From the NCBI GenBank assembly GCA_027923505.1, contig BROI01000009.1:434001-498000 (forward strand): a stretch of DNA of 64,000 nt. The letters run 5' to 3'. A model generated the notes under the pieces. The model made no database searches. It was not told the DNA's origin and worked only from the letters and a program-made list of their open reading frames with translations. Both the position numbers and the translations under genes were made by a program. This document shows positions 59,765-64,000 of this stretch, piece after piece (within the stretch, counting starts at the first letter, position 1; each line of letters starts with the position of its first letter). The DNA is from Mayamaea pseudoterrestris (taxonomy: Eukaryota).

Positions 59765-60115
59765 GATCGACTACTCGATAAAAAGAGTAAAGAAGCGTCT
59801 CTGTACTAGTACTATCAGCGAATGAATTCGTGCCTCGAACGGATGAGAGATCAAGGCGGAATGTATCTTAGTGGATGTGGAGCTATGATCGCGCCCAATG
59901 CTTTGCCGCTATTATTTGCTTGCAAGTAAGAAATCAAGTATCAAGCTGTCGTCTATTCGAATACTGTAGCAAGTCCGATCACGATGAGTCGGAAGCTGGA
60001 GGAGCAATCGCGACAATGGTCATTCACATCCACATGCCGCTAACGCACACCAGCAAGCATCGTGAACCACTCACTCTTCTCATTGTCCTATAGTAAAGTT
60101 GAGAATTCAAAATGT

Positions 60116-60248
60116 TACGTCACAAGAAGATAGTACGAAACAGGCGCCAGTGAAAACTGCGTCATTAGGCAATAGTACAAAACGAATGATGATCGAAAAA
60201 TGTCAAGAAGGCAATAGTATGAAACAAGCGTCAGTGAAAACTGCGACA
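60116..60248 (+). repeat. ~3 units of the 42-bp minisatellite
   Basis: CAGTGAAAACTGCGTCATTAGGCAATAGTACAAAAC and similar units match the 14782-15066 consensus. Confidence 0.85.
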
Positions 60249-61475
60249 TGACGAATGCGGATGTCTTACTGGTACAGACCATGAAAGGTCGTGAGTCGTG
60301 ACTTGGACGAAAGAATGTCACTTGACGAAGCAGTGCTGTATGTAGCAGCTCTGTGACGCTGGCAGGGCTGCCAAGGAGCAATGGCTTCGAACGAGTCGCC
60401 TGCAACCAGCTCATATATTATGTCGATCACTCTGTGTTCTGTTTTACTGGCTGCTAATAGAAAGAGGAGCACCAGTTTGTCAACGCCGTCCAGTGAAATT
60501 GCGTGGCAGCCATCGGCCATCATTCATGGACTTGTAGACAGACGACGCACCATCATCTGACGTAGTCGACTTCGACCAAACAAGCCAGGCAAATGATTGA
60601 TTGGCGCGTTGACAAGACGTTGGCGGTTAAGTAGACAAAGACGGAAGACGTCTCCTTCCTTGATTATTGCGCGACACGCGCACTCAGCTGATGGTCATGT
60701 TTCGCGATGGACCACCAGTCCACCAGTATGGAATCTGTTACGTACATTACGGAAGTAGAGGCACGAACTCACCTTCTTGGACAACTCGCTCGTCGAAGTG
60801 ATCGTAAAAGAGGGGTGAATGCGTGTGTCGCAGACTGACGCGCCTTTGGGTGCAAAATATCAAAGCAATCGCTCCCTTTGCAAACCTTGTTCCGCGAAAA
60901 ATTTTCAACCATGACGTTGACGCGCCTGAGCGTTCATTGTCAAGACTCTAGATGCAAGTTGAAGGTATTGGCTACCAAATTGTCGAGATACACTCACGCG
61001 ATGAGGAGAAAAGGGTCGAAGAATGGCATGAGCCTGCATTCTCAGCACGATTCCGAGCAAGAGGAGCCGCAGCGCGATCTCAGCTTTATGGTGACTACGA
61101 TAACATATATATCTCAAACAGCCTTTCATATGTTACCAATCTTATGGAACCTCGGGTCAGATGTCATTGACGCACTAGCTAACTCGCGATGATGTCAAAT
61201 ACTTGTACTTGGCCGACATCTTCATCTTTGCGATCGATAAACTAGTAGCAATACATCGCATACATATATATTATGATGATATAAAGCACTTTATTACCTC
61301 GTCACCTTGGTGGAGTTATTAATTGTCTACCGGTAGGCTGTTTACTCGTACAGTTAATATCGGCAAAGCTTGCTTGGTTGTCGTCCAGTCTGTAGACACT
61401 AAACCGGCCATCGAGGATCAAGCAAACGAAAACGTATCCGCGACTTTATCACACTACCGGTAGGTGCAATACAAG

Positions 61476-62240
61476 CTAACCCCTTCCAGGACGGTGTCTT
61501 CGAAAGATTGATGGAATCCGGCTCGAGATGGACCTTGTCGCTTCTGTAGTTGGTGCTAGTCGACGGGCAGTGGCATCACGAATCATTCGCTCGCAGTCTT
61601 TACGAGCCTTGCGAGCATCCCGAACGTTTAAAAACGGTACCTTGACTCCATCCTTTCCTCCAAAGCACAAGCAGTCACTCTCCATGTCGATGACACATTG
61701 AAACCGTCTCATTTGATCCAATCCGAGCACAACCGATGGCAGCTCCGAGTCCAGCACCAAAAAGTATAGTCTAAACTCGACATGCCCAACGAGACAAATC
61801 AGATTCTCCACGACTCCCACAATATTAGCACTTCCAACGCCTCCGCAGGCACCGGAAACACTAGCATTGAGCTTGTCCATCAACCCAAGCTTTCGCAGGA
61901 CAACAAGACTCATGGCTGACATTGACGCACCCGAGTCAACCAGTAGATTCACCTTGCGATCATCAAGTGTGCAGTTGACAAATAACATGTGATCATCTTG
62001 CTGTTGAAGGTTGAAGAAGCCATGCTCGACTTGAAACTCATTGGCAGCAGTCGTGGCGTCTTCTTGGACGGATCTCAAGGCAGCCGACGTTTCTCGTGCC
62101 GCAAATTCTTCAGCCGTTTGAAGGTCAAGGGCAAGCTGCATGTCGCGAGCCATGAGCTCGTCTGCCATAGTGACAGTGGATGAGCTTGTCTTGTTGTTGT
62201 CATCATTGACATTCCGGTCGATGTTGCTGTTGGCGGACAT
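61476..62240 (-). CDS. DDI1-like retroviral-type aspartyl protease (no UBL/UBA domain)
   Basis: MLFVNCTLDDRKVNLLVDSGASMSAMS, GVGSANIVG, VLGLDQMRRFQCVID and VPFL motifs. Confidence 0.85.
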   Translation of the reverse strand: MSANSNIDRNVNDDNNKTSSSTVTMADELMARDMQLALDLQTAEEFAARETSAALRSVQEDATTAANEFQVEHGFFNLQQQDDHMLFVNCTLDDRKVNLLVDSGASMSAMSLVVLRKLGLMDKLNASVSGACGGVGSANIVGVVENLICLVGHVEFRLYFLVLDSELPSVVLGLDQMRRFQCVIDMESDCLCFGGKDGVKVPFLNVRDARKARKDCERMIRDATARRLAPTTEATRSISSRIPSIFRRHRPGRG

Positions 62241-62354
62241 GACGGAGGAGGCGATGGCAAACGAACGACGAAAGGAGTGAGTGCAAGCAAGCCAAGGCGT
62301 TTCAAATGATGTCTACTGACGCCGCAAGCAGCTTTGCGTTTCCTATCGTTTGTC

Positions 62355-64000
62355 ATCTTTGCTTCCATCGTCGTCTGTTGCAGTGACTGTTTATGAGAGA
62401 TTTGCATGGAACTCGACCAAATGTTGTGCGCCATATGTAGCTGAGACTTGGTCGGTCGACAAGTTCCAACGTCATCGCAGTCATTCCTATGACATGGCAC
62501 TGTAGATTCTAGTTGTTGTTCATGTGGGCGCAAAATTAGAAAGCTTTATGATTGACAGCAAGCGGTTTGTCGTGGCCAATGAAAGACTTCCGACTCGTCC
62601 AGAACAATCAAATTTGACGTCGCCTAGGCGTGTATCGGCGCGCTTACAAAATCAAGCACAAGGATTGATGATTTTGTAGTCTTACGCCAGCCGGTGCATT
62701 TGAAATGGAACGATCATTTGAGCTGACTTTGGCAGTACTTGTGACGTTGTATGATGAAGTTGATGTTGCCTCTTCGCTGCTAATAGTGACTGTCGATTAG
62801 TTAGGTTGATTGTCAGCGCAGTTGAGTCAGAGACCGCTCCCGAGTACTGTTGTACCGTTGATGCTTGACGCTTCGAACGTTGTCGAATCAGGCAAGCAAG
62901 ATACGCGTCAATCCATGGAACAAGGTGCTGTAAAGGTGCAATCATTACCATGAGTGGCAAGGATGAGTCCGATGCTATGGCATAATGTATAATGATTGAT
63001 TTTCATGCATATGTATCTATAAATCGTCTCATTGTACAAACTCAAGTATGCGATTGTCGAAGTTAGCTTTGTATTCGCTGTAACTCCTGGCCATGGCTCG
63101 AAAAATCCGCCGCAATGAAGTTTGGATTTGTGCTTCAGACTACTGGTAAAGGCCAAACTGAGCGAAAGCCAAACTCTGTAACGTTTTATGAATGATGCCA
63201 TGTACTCGTATTCATGCGAGATCTGTGAAAGCTTTGATAATAAAATGACGGAACCACTGCCTGCCAAGCAAAATAATGTGATCTTGCGATAAAGTAACGA
63301 TTACCAGTCAGACAATCAATACCGTAACGACATGTGTTGCTCATGAGCGACGTTCAATTTGCCCTCGCTGACGGTTTGTAGTGCACGAGAGACGCTCCGG
63401 AGTGTCACGGTCACGGCGACCATGGGATCATGAGTTTCGCATCATTATTTCAACATCAAAAATAAAACATCATCATTAATGAAGCAGTCTGCGGCCGCCT
63501 GCCAAAGCATCCATGCGTTTTAAACATGAATAGTACAACGAGTCGATATTCGACTAAAGAACGTAGTCGGAGGATTGGTGTCTGTCTCGTAAAGCATTTG
63601 CTGCTTTTGCTGCTCGCACTTTCCTTCGCTTCTCCTCGCACCTCCGCTGCCGACGATGCTGCTGCACGGAAACCGACGCGCAAGAAGGAGTCCGACGCTG
63701 CGCTCTTTCAAGTTTCGGATCAAGTCAGAGTCATTGGCCCCACTCAATTTCCATCGCCAACTCGAACGCTCGACTTGCGCTACAATCAAACCATTTCCAT
63801 CCTTGTGAGACCCTCCTACGGAAAGCATCGACCGGAAGCGGACGCTATTTTGGCTTATGCGGAAGGATACCAAGTCGCCTACTATATCATGTTTATGGAA
63901 ACTTTACAAGGGACTGGTTACAAGGGAGATGTCGTATTGGCGATTGCAAATGATTCCTACCTTCATGATGGCGTCAAGGAATACTTGCTAAAGTTCGTCA
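62355..64000 (+). repeat. Second copy of a tandem segmental duplication (period 6974 bp; matches 55381-57026, runs off the window)
   Basis: Sequence from ATCTTTGCTTCC at 62355 repeats 55381 onward; ORF translations are identical. Confidence 0.95.
63526..64000 (+). CDS. Duplicate of the glycosyltransferase-like gene (5' part, truncated by window end)
   Basis: Identical to 56552-57026. Confidence 0.8.
   Translation, partial: MNSTTSRYSTKERSRRIGVCLVKHLLLLLLALSFASPRTSAADDAAARKPTRKKESDAALFQVSDQVRVIGPTQFPSPTRTLDLRYNQTISILVRPSYGKHRPEADAILAYAEGYQVAYYIMFMETLQGTGYKGDVVLAIANDSYLHDGVKEYLLKFV

Noticed and set aside
60830..61192. Short plus-strand ORFs between the PLAC8 and DDI1-like genes
   Set aside because: No motif and no coherent gene model.
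62075..62533. Chimeric ORF spanning the duplication junction
   Set aside because: Out of frame with the DDI1-like gene and built from non-coding sequence; likely incidental.

Overview
Eukaryotic nuclear DNA, most likely from a (pennate) diatom. Evidence: short GT-AG introns, a fucoxanthin-chlorophyll LHC gene with a bipartite plastid-targeting peptide, a CoDi-type Ty1/copia element and diatom-type orphan domains. About 15 intact genes were found, including an LHC, pyruvate dehydrogenase kinase, class-3 lipase, TBC-domain protein, PEX4-type E2, COA3-like protein, glycosyltransferase-like protein, two PLAC8 proteins and a DDI1-like protease. They are interspersed with decayed coding sequence, such as a PI3-kinase pseudogene. 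Main highlights: (1) a single gene that appears to fuse a tryptophan 2,3-dioxygenase (TDO)-superfamily heme domain to a kynureninase-like PLP domain (25945-28156). (2) An 11.3-kb three-LTR tandem copia insertion with a GGATC target-site duplication; its primer-binding site is the exact complement of its own LTR (self-priming), and gag and pol are separated by one in-frame UAG. (3) A 42-bp minisatellite family recurring upstream of several genes. (4) An LHC with a long Lys/Ala/Pro/Val N-terminal extension. (5) A ~1-kb foldback repeat. (6) A second, apparently exact tandem duplication (6974-bp period) at the right end. All family assignments come from motif recognition by eye; no database searches were run.
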